Made by a program: the position numbers and the translations under genes. Under the pieces are notes generated by a model. That model was not told the origin of the DNA. It saw nothing but the letters and a program-made list of their open reading frames with translations, and did not search any database. From positions 408,147 to 472,146 of the forward strand of contig CAVXTM010000001.1 in the NCBI GenBank assembly GCA_963764725.1: DNA of 64,000 nt. Reading direction: 5' to 3'. The DNA comes from an uncultured Gammaproteobacteria bacterium. GTDB lineage: Bacteria > Pseudomonadota > Gammaproteobacteria > JACCXJ01. Position 1 is the first letter of the stretch. Each line of letters starts with the position of its first letter. Positions 11,138 to 22,776 of the stretch are shown piece by piece.

Positions 11138-11899
11138 CTACCCAGCGCGCTTCAGCGTCCGCGCGAAATATTCGAGCGCGGTACGGGTCTTCGTTTCCTG
11201 AGCCCCGGCCGGGTCGATGCCAAGTTCGCGCAGATGGCTTTCAAACGCCCGCCGCGCTGTCGCGGCTTGATCCGGTTCCACCTTGATCGAAACTTCAAGT
11301 AAATCCTCACCGTCGGGAAGACGCCACTCTTCGGCAGTCAACTCATAGGGGAATCCCTTATGCTCCGTTTTCCAGCGGAGCACTCTGATCGGACCAAGCG
11401 CTCTGAGCCGCTCGAAGTTGATGGCGTGCGGGGAGAACTCAGTGAGAAAGCGCAGCTGATCCGCCGAGAAGAGTTTGTGGACCGGACGGTCACCCTTAGC
11501 CACTTCATCGATCTCGTCGCGTTTTTGCACTCCAGTAAGGGAGGCAGAGCAAACGACGCGGTCCCCCGTGCTATCCGCCTCTAACTTGAAACCCTCTGTT
11601 TCGATCCAGCTCTGCGGTACCGCACCGGGTTCGATCGGCCGGACCTTGACCGTGGAGTCATCATCATCCCCTTTGACCAAGCGTGCGCGAAGCACAACCC
11701 CCGCGTTGAACAAATCAAGGTTGACCGTGTCGTAGAAATAAATCACGCGGACCTCCGCCGAGTCCTCGTTAAGCTCCAGCGCCCTAAGACCCTGGAGTTC
11801 CTGATCCGGCCGTATGGTCACTTTGATTTCAACCCGCTCGACCCCTGTGATTGCATGGGTGTTGCTGGTGCGCTTGGCTGTTTTGCGAGTTGTTGTCAT
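11138..11899 (-). CDS. CYTH-like (adenylate cyclase-like) domain protein
   Basis: VEIKVT (ExK), YFYDT..LDL..GVVLRAR, STVKVRP, EVSIK, QETKT; RBS upstream of 11899. Confidence 0.7.
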   Translation of the reverse strand: MTTTRKTAKRTSNTHAITGVERVEIKVTIRPDQELQGLRALELNEDSAEVRVIYFYDTVNLDLFNAGVVLRARLVKGDDDDSTVKVRPIEPGAVPQSWIETEGFKLEADSTGDRVVCSASLTGVQKRDEIDEVAKGDRPVHKLFSADQLRFLTEFSPHAINFERLRALGPIRVLRWKTEHKGFPYELTAEEWRLPDGEDLLEVSIKVEPDQAATARRAFESHLRELGIDPAGAQETKTRTALEYFARTLKRAG

Positions 11900-12705
11900 G
11901 ATCAGTCCTCCTGTGGTTGTGTTCAGGTCGCTGCGGTACACCGGACATTGGATCCTTATAGATGTCTTGGTAAAGCGGCTATGGGGTCTTCGTTGTCGAA
12001 GGCGGCGGCGCCGCGACAAGACCGCTCGCCCCTCGTAGCACAACGATTTACGATAGATGCGCATTACTCGAAGTTCCGAAAGCGCTATTTTTCTGATGTC
12101 TGAGCGGTCATTGGTTCGGCGGCGATGGTGGCCCACGACCTCGGCCTGGGACACCAAATCGGGGGTACGGCGGGGTACGGGGTACGCCTAGTGATTAGTT
12201 TTCTCTCCATAGCTCCCCTTGCTCTCGTTATCGATGAATCGCTGCCGGCCGTACCGGTCATGGGTGAACCGCGGAAGGCACATTGTGATTGCTTAACCAC
12301 GCGCTTCGGGGATCCACCTGTCACTTCGATGGCGCCATCTTACACGCACACCGGCCGGCTTTTAGCAATTTCGTTCGGTAAAGGCTCTTAATCCGGGGCG
12401 TCGGGAACTAATGTATTACGTTATATTGAATTGATGACGGGAGGACGCTAACATTTTGTTCTGCGCTGCGACATTGGGAAGCGAAGCCTCGAACAAGCCA
12501 TCACAGTCCAGGGAACGGTATGCCCGCACGCTCGAAGATATCAGGGTCTCTCATCCGGTCGTACTGCTCCGTCCAAGGAAAGGAATCCGCTCCAACCAAG
12601 CGTTTTTCGTCGGCGATCGGCCGGTGGGTTGTCCTGAGCCTGATTTAAGGTTATGACTGCGTTAGGTAACACGCGATCCCCTTCGTATCGAGGAGCAAGA
12701 GATTA

Positions 12706-13527
12706 ATGCAGATTAGACGACCGGCTCGGCTTATGTTGATGGCATTAATCCCTTGGTCGGGGATCGCGGGGGCGGATTTCGCGTTCGACATGCCAAAGGG
12801 CGTGACACTCATTTCACACAAGGGCTATGACCTGCACATTCTGATCCTCGTCATGTGCGGGGTTATAACGGCCTTGCTCTATAGCGTGATGTTCTATTCG
12901 ATCTTCGCGCACCGCAAATCCAAGGGCGCGGTGGCGGTACAGTTCCACGAAAACACTCTGGTAGAGGTGCTGTGGACCGTAGTTCCATTCCTGATCCTTG
13001 TGCTAATGGCGGTGCCCGCAACCAAGGCGATGATCGCGATGTACGACACCTCGGACGCGGAGGTTACGATTAGAGTGACCGGTTACCAGTGGAAGTGGCA
13101 GTATGAGTACCTCGAGGACGGGATCAAATTCGTCAGTAACTTGAAAACCGCAACCGAGCCGATCTACAAGGGCGAGGCGAAGCGAGAGCAGGATCTGCAG
13201 GAGGTGGATAACCCGCTCGTGTTGCCGGTGGGCAAGAAGGTACGATTTCTAATCACGGCCGCGGATGTGCTGCATGCCTGGTGGGTTCCCGATTTCGGCT
13301 GGAAGCGAGACGCGACGCCGGGGTTTATAAATGAAGGCTGGGTGAGGATCGAAAAACCCGGTACCTATCGCGGGCAATGCGCCGAGCTATGCGGCCGCGG
13401 ACACGCCTTCATGCCAATCGTTATCGAGGCCAAGATCGATCAAGAGTATACGCAATGGATTAGTGATCAAAAAGCGCTCCAGGCCGCAGCGCAAGATGCC
13501 GCGGGTAAGACCTTCACCAAGGACTAG
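12706..13527 (+). CDS. coxB: Cytochrome c oxidase subunit II (orphan; fused cytochrome c domain decayed)
   Basis: Two TM helices, GYQWKWQYEY, ADVLHAW, CuA motif CAELCGRGHAFM. Confidence 0.88.
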   Translation: MQIRRPARLMLMALIPWSGIAGADFAFDMPKGVTLISHKGYDLHILILVMCGVITALLYSVMFYSIFAHRKSKGAVAVQFHENTLVEVLWTVVPFLILVLMAVPATKAMIAMYDTSDAEVTIRVTGYQWKWQYEYLEDGIKFVSNLKTATEPIYKGEAKREQDLQEVDNPLVLPVGKKVRFLITAADVLHAWWVPDFGWKRDATPGFINEGWVRIEKPGTYRGQCAELCGRGHAFMPIVIEAKIDQEYTQWISDQKALQAAAQDAAGKTFTKD

Positions 13528-13635
13528 CTCATGGCTGAGGGTTCGAGGTATATAACGCCAACCGCGCTGCTTGCCACCAAAGCGGCGGCAAAGGGGTGCC
13601 GGGCGCATTCCCGCAACCCCGCTACACTCTAGTGT

Positions 13636-15057
13636 ATGGATAATGTGCGTTTGGGCGATTTCGTCGCGACCGTATGGGCTCAATCGGTTGTTCCCGAGAT
13701 CACCGAATACATCCGCATCCCCAATAAATCCCCGGCCTTTGACACCGATTGGCAAGCCCACGGGTATATGGACGAGGCCGTGGCCCAGTTTGAACGCTGG
13801 GCCCGTCGCCAGCCCCTTCGAGATATCGAAGTCGAGGTCGTACGGCTGCCGGGGCGCACGCCGCTGTTGTATATGGACATTCCCGGCGTGGGCGCCGGCA
13901 CGATCCTTCTATACGGTCACTTGGATAAGCAGCCGGAGACGAGCGGCTGGCGCGCGGGCCTGGGCCCGTGGCAGCCGGTATTCGAGGGGGAGCGTCTCTA
14001 CGGTCGCGGCGCCGCGGACGACGGCTACGCGCTTTTCTCCGCACTCACCGCGCTTGCGGGAATACAAGCCCAAGGGCTCAAGCATGCGCGCTCTGTCGTC
14101 ATCATCGAAGCCTGTGAGGAGAGCGGTAGCCTTGACCTGCCGCACTATATCGAGTTGCTGTCCGATCGCATCGGCAAACCGGATCTCGTCATCTGTCTCG
14201 ATTCCGGCTGCGGTGATTACGAGCGCTTGTGGTGCACGACCTCTTTGCGGGGTCTCATCGGCGGGGTGCTCAAGGTCGAGGTCCTCACCGAAGGGGTGCA
14301 TTCGGGCGACGCGAGCGGTATTGTCCCCTCGAGCTTTCGCATTTTGCGGCAAATCCTCAACCGCTTGGAAGATGCCGAGACCGGCGCGATCCTGCCTCCC
14401 GACTTTAGCGTTGAAATTCCCGCAGAGCGCATCGAGCAGGCGCGCCGCGCCGCGCAGGTCCTCGGCTCGCAAGTCCACGCCAAGTTCCCGTTCAGCGGGA
14501 CCACCCGCGCCGCGACGGCGGAGCCGCTGGCACTGCTTCTTAACCGTACCTGGCGGCCGGCGCTTGCGGTCGTCGGCGCCGAGGGCTTGCCTCCTCTCGG
14601 GCAGGCCGGCAATGTCCTGCGACCCGCGACCTCGGTCAAGCTCTCCCTGCGGTTGCCCCCGACGTGCAACGCCGTGGCGGCCGCGCGCTCTCTCAAACAG
14701 TTATTGCAATCGGCCCCGCCCTATGACGCGAGCGTGACCTTTACCTCGGATTGGTCCGCCACGGGTTGGAATGCGCCGCCCCTCGCCGAGTGGCTCGAGA
14801 ACGCAATCGATGCTGCTTCGCGGACCTTTTTTGAGAAACCCGCGGTGTACCTGGGTGAAGGCGGCACCATCCCCTTCATGGCCATGCTGGGCGAGCGCTT
14901 TCCCCACGCGCAATTTCTCATTACCGGCGTGCTAGGGCCGGGATCGAATGCCCATGGACCCAACGAGTTTCTGGATATTCCGACAGCCAAGCGCTTGACC
15001 TGCTGCATCGCCCGCGTCATCGTCGATCATTACCGGCATGGACGAGAGGGAGGATAA
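13636..15057 (+). CDS. M20/M25/M40-family metallopeptidase
   Basis: YGHLDKQP, GRGAADDG, CEESGS, SNAHGPNE. Confidence 0.92.
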   Translation: MDNVRLGDFVATVWAQSVVPEITEYIRIPNKSPAFDTDWQAHGYMDEAVAQFERWARRQPLRDIEVEVVRLPGRTPLLYMDIPGVGAGTILLYGHLDKQPETSGWRAGLGPWQPVFEGERLYGRGAADDGYALFSALTALAGIQAQGLKHARSVVIIEACEESGSLDLPHYIELLSDRIGKPDLVICLDSGCGDYERLWCTTSLRGLIGGVLKVEVLTEGVHSGDASGIVPSSFRILRQILNRLEDAETGAILPPDFSVEIPAERIEQARRAAQVLGSQVHAKFPFSGTTRAATAEPLALLLNRTWRPALAVVGAEGLPPLGQAGNVLRPATSVKLSLRLPPTCNAVAAARSLKQLLQSAPPYDASVTFTSDWSATGWNAPPLAEWLENAIDAASRTFFEKPAVYLGEGGTIPFMAMLGERFPHAQFLITGVLGPGSNAHGPNEFLDIPTAKRLTCCIARVIVDHYRHGREGG

Positions 15058-15061
15058 CACG

Positions 15062-15928
15062 ATGATGAAGGTTGGAGTGATCGGGCTAGGTGCGATGGGC
15101 GCGCCGATGGCCATGAATCTGCACCGCGCGGGCTTGCTTCGGGCCGTCTGGAATCGAACCCGCTCGCGGGCGCAAGCCCTGTCTCGGGAGACGGGTGTGG
15201 CCATCGCCGAGAGTCCGGCGGAGCTCGCGGCGGGGGTGGACCTCGTGCTCACATCGGTGTCGCGCGATGCGGATCTGGAAGAGGTGATTAACGCCTTGCT
15301 GCCCGGCGTTCGGGCGGGCGGTGCGGTGGCGGACACCTCCACCGTCAGCGCAGATACCGCGCGTGCGATGGCGGCGGCGCTTAAACTCAAAGGGGCGGCA
15401 TTTCTCGATTGCCCGGTCTCCGGAGGCGTGGAGGGCGCGCGAAACGGCCGCCTGGCCATGATGGTCGGCGGCGAGGAGACGGTGCTGGAACTAATTCGGC
15501 CGGCTTTGGCCGCGCTCGCCGCGACCATCGTCTACATGGGCCCCAGCGGTTCCGGTCAAGCGACCAAGGCGGTCAATCAGATCATGGCCGCGGGGATCAA
15601 CCAGGCGGTGACCGAGGCCCTCGCCTTCGGTGAGTCCATGGGACTCGATCTCACGAAAGTAATCGACGTCGTGAGCCAAGGAGCAGCCGCGAACTGGTTC
15701 CTGAGCCACCGCGGCAAGACCATGGTGGCGGGGTGCTTTGATCCCGGCTTTAAAGTCGCACTCCATCATAAGGACCTTGCGATCTGCCGGGCGATGGGCG
15801 GCGGCCGGCCGCTGCCGATCGTGGATTTAACCCTGGAAAATTACCAGCGACTCATCGATCAAGGTTACGGGGCGGAGGACATCTCGGCCCTGTACCGGAT
15901 CAAGCGCGAACAACTCGTAGCGGGATAA
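15062..15928 (+). CDS. NAD(P)-dependent beta-hydroxyacid dehydrogenase (3-hydroxyisobutyrate/tartronate semialdehyde reductase family)
   Basis: IGLGAMG, DCPVSGG, GSGQATKAVNQ, HKDL. Confidence 0.9.
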   Translation: MMKVGVIGLGAMGAPMAMNLHRAGLLRAVWNRTRSRAQALSRETGVAIAESPAELAAGVDLVLTSVSRDADLEEVINALLPGVRAGGAVADTSTVSADTARAMAAALKLKGAAFLDCPVSGGVEGARNGRLAMMVGGEETVLELIRPALAALAATIVYMGPSGSGQATKAVNQIMAAGINQAVTEALAFGESMGLDLTKVIDVVSQGAAANWFLSHRGKTMVAGCFDPGFKVALHHKDLAICRAMGGGRPLPIVDLTLENYQRLIDQGYGAEDISALYRIKREQLVAG

Positions 15929-15972
15929 CGCGCCGCCAGCGGGCGTACAGGCCGGGCGGGTTCACGGGGACA

Positions 15973-17234
15973 ATGAATACATCTCGCACGCGGCTCTTTA
16001 AGGCCGCATTGATTCTAGCCGGCTGTCGCCTCCCTAGCTGTTGTTGTGGCCAGCTTTCTGAATAAAACACCCACGGACTATGAGATTGAATTAGCCACCA
16101 TTGAAAATGACATCTTGAGCACCAAGACCAGCGCTCCTAGCGGATCCGCGGAAAGAGCATTAAGGCTGGTTTATCTGCATTATCTTAAGGCTTCGCTCAC
16201 CGGCCGCTTTGATGATTTCAACGTGGCGGAAACCGAAACCGCCAACGCCATTCACAAACTAGGCTCCTCCGACGATCTCTATCTTGTCAGGGCCAATCTC
16301 AATTACACGTTTCACCGGCTGGATGAGGCCACGCACGATCTCGATCGGCTTTCCTCCCTCGCCGCGAGCCCGCGAGCCCAAGTCCTACGAACCAATATAG
16401 ACTTGCAACAAGGAAAGTACGCCGAAGCGAAGCGAGGCTATGAAGAGCGTGATACAAGCCGAGCGCACCTGGGACAACCTGGCGCGCCTGGCCTATCTGG
16501 AATCCAAGATCGGCGATCCTACGGCCGCAGATCGCTTATATCGGGAAGCTCAGGACGAGATTACAGCCAAGGACATGCGCTCCTATGCCTGGGTGGAAGT
16601 GCAGAGGGGATTGCTGGATTTAAGGCAAGGGCGCCATGAAGAAGCCTGGACGCATTACCGGCATGCCGATAAGGCCTATTCCGGCTATTGGCTGATCGAG
16701 GATCACATGGCGGAGCTCCTCGGGGCGCAGCGGAAATACGGCGAAGCAATCGCGCGCTACCAGAGCGTCATCGCGCACGCGCCGCGGCCGGAGTTCCAAC
16801 AAGCCGTGGGCGATCTCTACGCCTTGATGGGCCAACCCGAGCGAGCGCGGCCGTGGCACGAGCAAGCGCTCGCCGCTTACCTCGCATCGGCGCTCCGCCG
16901 CGAAGTGCATTACTTCCACCACCTTGCTTGGTTTTACGCCGACGTGCGCGAGGACGGCGCCGAGGCGGTGAAATGGGCGCGCAGGGATCTCGATCTGCGG
17001 CGCAATTACGCGACCCGGGAAGCACTGGCCTGGGCGCTGTATCGCGCCGGCCGGATCGCCGAATCGCTCGACGAAATCAAGCAAGCGCTCGCGGCCGGCG
17101 TGAAGGATGCACACCTGTTTTTCCATGCGGCGATGATCCACCTCGCCGCCGGCCGCACCGACGAGGGTAAGCAGTTCTTGAAAAGGGCGGCCGAAGTGAA
17201 TCCGCGTTACGAAGCCTTCCATGTGCATCGTTGA
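15973..17234 (+). CDS. TPR-repeat protein (frameshifts near 16030 and 16445)
   Basis: Overlapping ORFs 16046-16639 and 16440-17234 join into one TPR protein ending AAEVNPRY; paired with HupE/UreJ. Confidence 0.75.
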
Positions 17235-18357
17235 GGCACATCGGCTGGGACGCGGCGATTGGGCGCGGTATTGCCTGCTCGTGTTGGCGCTCTGCGCCGC
17301 GCGGTTCGCCGGGGCGCATCCGGTAGCGCAAGGCGCGCTGGAGATCGAGATTCTTCCCGGCCGCATCGAGCTGCGCGCGACGGTGTCGCGCGAGGAAGTG
17401 CTCGTGGCAGCGGCCTTCGGCGGGCAAGAAGGCATTCCGTATCCGGTAGCGGTGCGCCACCACGGTGCCTATCTACTCGCGCACCTCCAGGTCTGGGCAG
17501 ACGGGCGCGCGCTTGAGGGGCGCGCGCTTAAGGTTTCCGATCAAGCGGCGGGGCGTCCGGCTTACACACTCGAGTATCGGCTTGCAGGAGGCGCGCCCGC
17601 GCGGCTCGAGTTGCGTCAGGACGTGCTGCGCGAGTTTGAGTTCGCGCCGGGAAATCCGTGGGAAGCGAGCTACCTCGTGCGCATTTCCCAGCGGGGACAG
17701 TCACTGGCCGAGGGACTACTCCTGACCGCAAGAGAAGCGCTGAGCTTCGATTGCCGGCGGGACCCAATGGCGGGGCTCGGCCAAGTGCGGATGGCCGCGG
17801 CTTTCGTGCGCCACGGGATCACCCACATCCTCAGCGGCTACGATCACCTGCTCTTTGTCGGCGCATTGGTCCTGGCGGTCGTGAGCCTTTGGGACTTGAT
17901 CAAGGTGATCAGCGCTTTCACGCTTGCCCATACCCTCACGCTCGCCTTGGCGGCCTTCGATCTGTTCCGGCTGCCGGCCGCCGTCGTCGAGCCGATGATC
18001 GCCGCGAGCATCGTCGTCGTCGCGGCGCAGAACCTCTTTTGGCCGCGGCAGAGCCGAGGCTGGAGCCGTGCGCTCGTGGCGTTTGTTTTCGGGCTCTTCC
18101 ACGGCTTGGGCTTCGCCGGCGGATTACTGGAGGCGATGGCGAGCCTCGGTGGGGCCGGCGCCGTCTTGGCTATCGCGGCTTTCAGCGTGGGTGTCGAGAT
18201 CGGGCATCAAACCGTGGTGTTGCCGGCCTTCTGCGGGCTGCGCTTGCTGCGGCGCACGGCCAGAGGCGCACACCGTAACGAGCGGCTCGTGCAACGCTAC
18301 GGCTCGGCCGTGATTTCGCTCGCCGGGATGATCTATCTCGTCGCCGCCTTGCGCTAA
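17221..18357 (+). CDS. HupE/UreJ-family membrane protein
   Basis: HILSGYDHLLF, FTLAHTLTL, FGLFHGLGFA, FSVGVEIG. Confidence 0.9.
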   Translation: MCIVEAHRLGRGDWARYCLLVLALCAARFAGAHPVAQGALEIEILPGRIELRATVSREEVLVAAAFGGQEGIPYPVAVRHHGAYLLAHLQVWADGRALEGRALKVSDQAAGRPAYTLEYRLAGGAPARLELRQDVLREFEFAPGNPWEASYLVRISQRGQSLAEGLLLTAREALSFDCRRDPMAGLGQVRMAAAFVRHGITHILSGYDHLLFVGALVLAVVSLWDLIKVISAFTLAHTLTLALAAFDLFRLPAAVVEPMIAASIVVVAAQNLFWPRQSRGWSRALVAFVFGLFHGLGFAGGLLEAMASLGGAGAVLAIAAFSVGVEIGHQTVVLPAFCGLRLLRRTARGAHRNERLVQRYGSAVISLAGMIYLVAALR

Positions 18358-18413
18358 GGCGCGCGATTTTTTCTAAAGACCGGGACCCAACTCATTCGCG
18401 AGTGTTTTTGAAC

Positions 18414-18515
18414 GCATACCCCGCGGTCTTGCCGCGGGTAGCTTAGCGATGGGGTCTCCAAAGGGAGAAGCGCCGCTTTTCCCTTTGGTCAAGGGCGGGG
18501 TTTATGCCCTGCCCG
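18414..18515. repeat. REP/MITE-like hairpin cluster
   Basis: CCCGCGG-TCTTG-CCGCGGG and CCAAAGGGA...TCCCTTTGG hairpins in intergenic DNA. Confidence 0.4.
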
Positions 18516-18670
18516 CGAAGTATATTGATTCATACAGCTATGCGTATTGACCGCACATTGTCGCCTGGACATAATGGCGGAGTCGATCGGCGCCCGTTCA
18601 GCATTCGCACTAGGGGGCAAGCGCGGCAGGGCGTCTGTGCGGGCAGGCGGCGGCGCAGTGGAGGGGGCAT

Positions 18671-20426
18671 ATGGCTACAATAGCAGAACCGGGGACGGCG
18701 GACGGACGCGTGAAGCTGGGTCTCGCGCTCTCGGGGGGCGGTTTTCGCGCCTCGTTTTTTCACCTGGGCGTCCTGGCCCAGATGGCGATGCAGGGCTTGC
18801 TGCGGCGGGTGGAGGTGATCTCAACGGTCTCGGGCGGCTCGATCATCGGGGCGCTTTACTACCTGCACCTGAAGCGGCTGTTGGAATCGGAGGCGGACTC
18901 CGACCTGACCGATGGCCACTATCAGCGCTTGGTCGAGGACATCGAGCGCGATTTCTTCGCGGCCGTTCAGACCAATCTTCGCATGAGTACCTTCACCGAT
19001 CCGGCCGCGAACTTCAAGATCAGACGGCCGGACTATTCGCGCAGCGACCGCATTGCGGAGCTGTACAACGATCGCCTTTACCAAGGTGTCCTGCCCGGCC
19101 TAGAACCCCCTATCAAGATACGCGAGGTCAAGATCCAGCCTAAAGGGAGCCAATGCGGGGTTTCACCCCGAGCGCGACAACCACGGCAGAGGCGCTAAGG
19201 TCCCTATTCTCCTTGTCAATGCGACTACGCTCAACTCCGGCCGTAACTGGCGCTTTACCGCATCGCGCATGGGAGAACCGCCGCGCGACAACGCCCTAGC
19301 AAGAGAAATAGACAAGAAGGCGATCCGCTTGCGCCGGCCGCCGTCCTACACCGACATCCCGCCCTACCAACAAGACTTTACCCTAGGCCACGCCGTAGCC
19401 GCGTCCGCGTGTGTGCCGGGGATCTTTCACCCGCTCGCGATCAGTGGCCTGTACCGTGATCCCGAGATGGGAGACGAGATCCGCGTGCAGTTGGTCGACG
19501 GCGGTGTCCACGACAACCAGGGGATCCAGGGTCTCCTGGACGAAGCCTGTACCCACTTCATCGTGAGCGATGCCTCGGCCCAAATGGAAGAGATAGATGA
19601 GCCCGCTACCTACTTCGATGCGGTCTTGGGCCGCGCGGCCTCGATCTCCCAGGACCGCGTGCGCGAAGAACAGCTTTTCCGTCTGTGGGGCCCCACCGAC
19701 CGATCGCGCATCGCCTTCATGCATCTCCGGGCGGGACTGGCCACTCGTGCCATCGCCTGGCTGGGACCCGACGGGCAGCCCGGGACTCCCTCGGAGGAAG
19801 TCCTGCGACCTGCGATCTCGACCGCCGATTTTCATGTCGATGACCGGGTCCAGGATCTCGTTTCGGGGATCCGAACCGATCTCGACTCCTTCACCGAGGT
19901 CGAGGCCTGCACGCTCATGGCGGACGGGTATCTGATGAGCGACTCCGAACTCCACAGCTTGGCTGCGGCGGTGGCCGGCCGGCCGGGTGGGACCCCAAGG
20001 CCCGCGGATCTGGCGCCACCTGCGTGGGGTTTCCTCAAAATTAAGCCCTGGATGGAACGGCCCAACGAGGCCTATCTCAAGCAACTCAAAGTGGCGTCCT
20101 ATCAATTTCTCAAGCTATTCCACTTGGTCCTGCCCGGCTGGGCAAAGGAGGCGTTAGCGGTGCTCGCCCTCCTAACGCTTCTCGCGCTCGTCTGGATCCT
20201 GATCGATGTGAGGTTCTCCCTGGGCCTTATACTGCTGATGGTGATAATGTGGGGGCTGAATCGCTACAGCCGAAAGCTCGGCCGCGGCGTGTGGGTATTC
20301 CGCGTGCTGCGCGCGCCCGTGGAGGCCATCGTGCGCTTGATCACGAGAGCACTCATCCCGATGCTCGGGTCCTGGGCCATAAACTTACACTACATCAAGC
20401 GCCAGGCGAGCATGGTGCTCGCATAG
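18671..20426 (+). CDS. Patatin-like phospholipase with C-terminal TM helices (frameshift near 19160)
   Basis: LALSGGGFRA, STVSGGS nucleophile, NATTLNSG, VAASACVP, DGG. Confidence 0.85.
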
Positions 20427-20660
20427 ATAAATCCACATCTCAAGTACATCAATCGGCCATCTTTTGCAGTGCGCTACGGCCAGATCGAGTGCTTACCGCC
20501 GTCCGGGGGGCAGTTTCCGCCGACGAGGGTGAAACGGCATGCCCATCGACTAACCGCGATGAAGACTACCGCTCCCGAACAAACCGACATGTGGATTTGA
20601 ACGCCCTCCAAGAAACCCGCAAGCGGGGGGAAGGCGGTACAGCGCAGTCACCGCCGGTTC

Positions 20661-22337
20661 CTAAAGCGTTTTCAGATATTCCAGCAGCTCCCATTTCTGG
20701 CTGTCACTGAGGGTCACGCCATAGTCATGGCCGGAATTACTGTTACCCGGCAACCGTGTATTTAAACTTGAACCGCCCGTCTCCGGCCCGCTCTCGAAGC
20801 CGACGTGCAGCGGGTCAAACTCGTAGCTGCCCACATAGAACACCTGGTCTCGCCGCGCGCTGGGTTGCAAGAGCTGCCACAAGCTCGGCACCGATCCGTT
20901 GTGTAGATAAGGAGCCGTCGCCCAGATGCCATTGAGCGGTCGCGCTTTATAAGAGAGGGGATCGAAGGGAGTGGCGTTTCTTACCTTTAAATATTCGTTA
21001 AATCCGGCACCGATCGCTTGCAGGGGCCGCCCAAGAGCGACCCCGGCTGCGATGACGGGTCCTAGTTTGGTGCCCGGCGCCACCGGTCCCAAGCGGTCGC
21101 CGATCAGGATCATTTCGCGTGTGCCTTGCAAGACACCGGTCTTGGCGGTACGCCGGAACGCGTTGGTAGCCATCGCCGGGTCTGTACCCACGTCCGCGAG
21201 GCGGGTCATGACCGCGTTGACTCTCCGTTTGCGGTCCGTCCGTTCGATGGGCGCGTGGCAGCTAACGCAGTATTGCTGGTAATGCAGCTTGCCGCGCTTG
21301 GCTTTGTCCGCATCGATCGGCGTCAGCAAAGCCACAGGCCATTGCGGCGACCACAGATCCTGTAACCAACCTTCGAGCTTTCCTAGATTCTTGACTTTGA
21401 TCGACGATTTGAACCCCTTGGGCAATGGCGAGCCGGTCACCGTAACGTTGCCGAAGACCCCCAGTACTTCTCCGATATTGCGCAACAGGGAACCGACGCC
21501 GGCGTTGGGAGCGCTGCCGTTCCATTGCACGACATCGTGTTGCGGCGTATCCCAGATGAATGGGTAAGACACCGGCGCGCCCGGGGATATCTTGTTTTCC
21601 GGTATGCCCAAGTCGCGCACGAACGCTTCGTTGAATATATTCCCGATAGCGTCGACACGACCGTGTCCAGGGGGGCTGGGCGGCAGGTTGAGGGTGACGC
21701 GATCGGCTAACGCCTCGATCCGGGCATTTAGGCTGCGGCGAAGCTCCGCGATCGCTTGCTGCGACCCTCCGGCGACTGGCGCGGCGAAGCGCTGAAACTT
21801 TGCCTGGTCACTGGCGGTGGCGCGGAGCGCGGCCACGAGATCATCCAGGAGCGCGGTGAAATCGCCGAGGGTCGGCCCCCCATCCACACGTATGATTTTA
21901 CCGCGGTACTTGACTTGCCCCGTATGACAGGCGGCGCATGTCGGCCCCATCCAATCTTCCCCGGTCGCCGGATCGCGCGTTTTAGCGAACCCTATCGGCA
22001 AGCCGTCGGGATTATATTTCGACGGCGTTTCGGGAAGGTAGCCTAAGCGCTCGATATTTTCATTTGCGCGGAATGCTGACGGACTCCCTGCCTGCTCCAA
22101 CGCCAAGAACCAGCTATAGGGCAGGATCTGACTCCCTTGATCGGTGAACCAGAAGCGCTGCTGTGTATCGGCGCTCCAGCCTTGATCGAGGGTGACGATC
22201 GAGCCAGCAGCCGGCCCACCGGCGGTGGCCTGCCCTTCGGCGGGGTAGTCATCGCCCTTGATTCCACTGCTGCATCCTACGGCGAAACCGCCCGCTAAAA
22301 TTGCAAGAGATTTTAAGACGTGGAGATAACAGCGCAT
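20661..22337 (-). CDS. RoxA/MauG-like di-heme cytochrome c lipoprotein
   Basis: Lipobox AVGC; CAACH and CVSCH; YKARPLNGIWATAPYLHNGSVP. Confidence 0.85.
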   Translation of the reverse strand: MRCYLHVLKSLAILAGGFAVGCSSGIKGDDYPAEGQATAGGPAAGSIVTLDQGWSADTQQRFWFTDQGSQILPYSWFLALEQAGSPSAFRANENIERLGYLPETPSKYNPDGLPIGFAKTRDPATGEDWMGPTCAACHTGQVKYRGKIIRVDGGPTLGDFTALLDDLVAALRATASDQAKFQRFAAPVAGGSQQAIAELRRSLNARIEALADRVTLNLPPSPPGHGRVDAIGNIFNEAFVRDLGIPENKISPGAPVSYPFIWDTPQHDVVQWNGSAPNAGVGSLLRNIGEVLGVFGNVTVTGSPLPKGFKSSIKVKNLGKLEGWLQDLWSPQWPVALLTPIDADKAKRGKLHYQQYCVSCHAPIERTDRKRRVNAVMTRLADVGTDPAMATNAFRRTAKTGVLQGTREMILIGDRLGPVAPGTKLGPVIAAGVALGRPLQAIGAGFNEYLKVRNATPFDPLSYKARPLNGIWATAPYLHNGSVPSLWQLLQPSARRDQVFYVGSYEFDPLHVGFESGPETGGSSLNTRLPGNSNSGHDYGVTLSDSQKWELLEYLKTL

Positions 22338-22776
22338 CGATTAGCCCTCCCCTGCGAAAATTTCCAACGCTTGTTCTTTCGGCTCTGGCCATAGCTCGAA
22401 CAAGGATCTAACTTATCCCTCTTCCGAGAGGGGCCTTTCAATACAGGCTTCGCACTCTCTCCGCGCTGTACAGGCGGAAAAGGCGAAGCCGGTGACGGGT
22501 ACAATTGTAAGAGCGCTTTATCGGCGAGTAAACGCAGAGCCAATACGCGCTGCTTCGATTGCTGATCCGGTCTCAGCACGCGAGATACGTCGCGAACTTC
22601 TCGGCCGTCGCCCGCGTACTCATCTCGGCGCCTAGCTCTAAATAGCTCGGCGTTCGGCCATTGCTTGAGCACCGTCCCAGGTTCTCAACGGACGTTAAAG
22701 GTTCTCGGCTACCGCCGATACTAACCCGGCCGAATGGAAGTAGGGCTACATTGGACGTAGCCAGGAGCTTTATACC

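Noticed and set aside
20390-20470. Possible IS5-like transposase tail on the minus strand clipping the patatin 3' end
   Set aside because: Only a short GFIYASTMLAW-like peptide; too weak to call.
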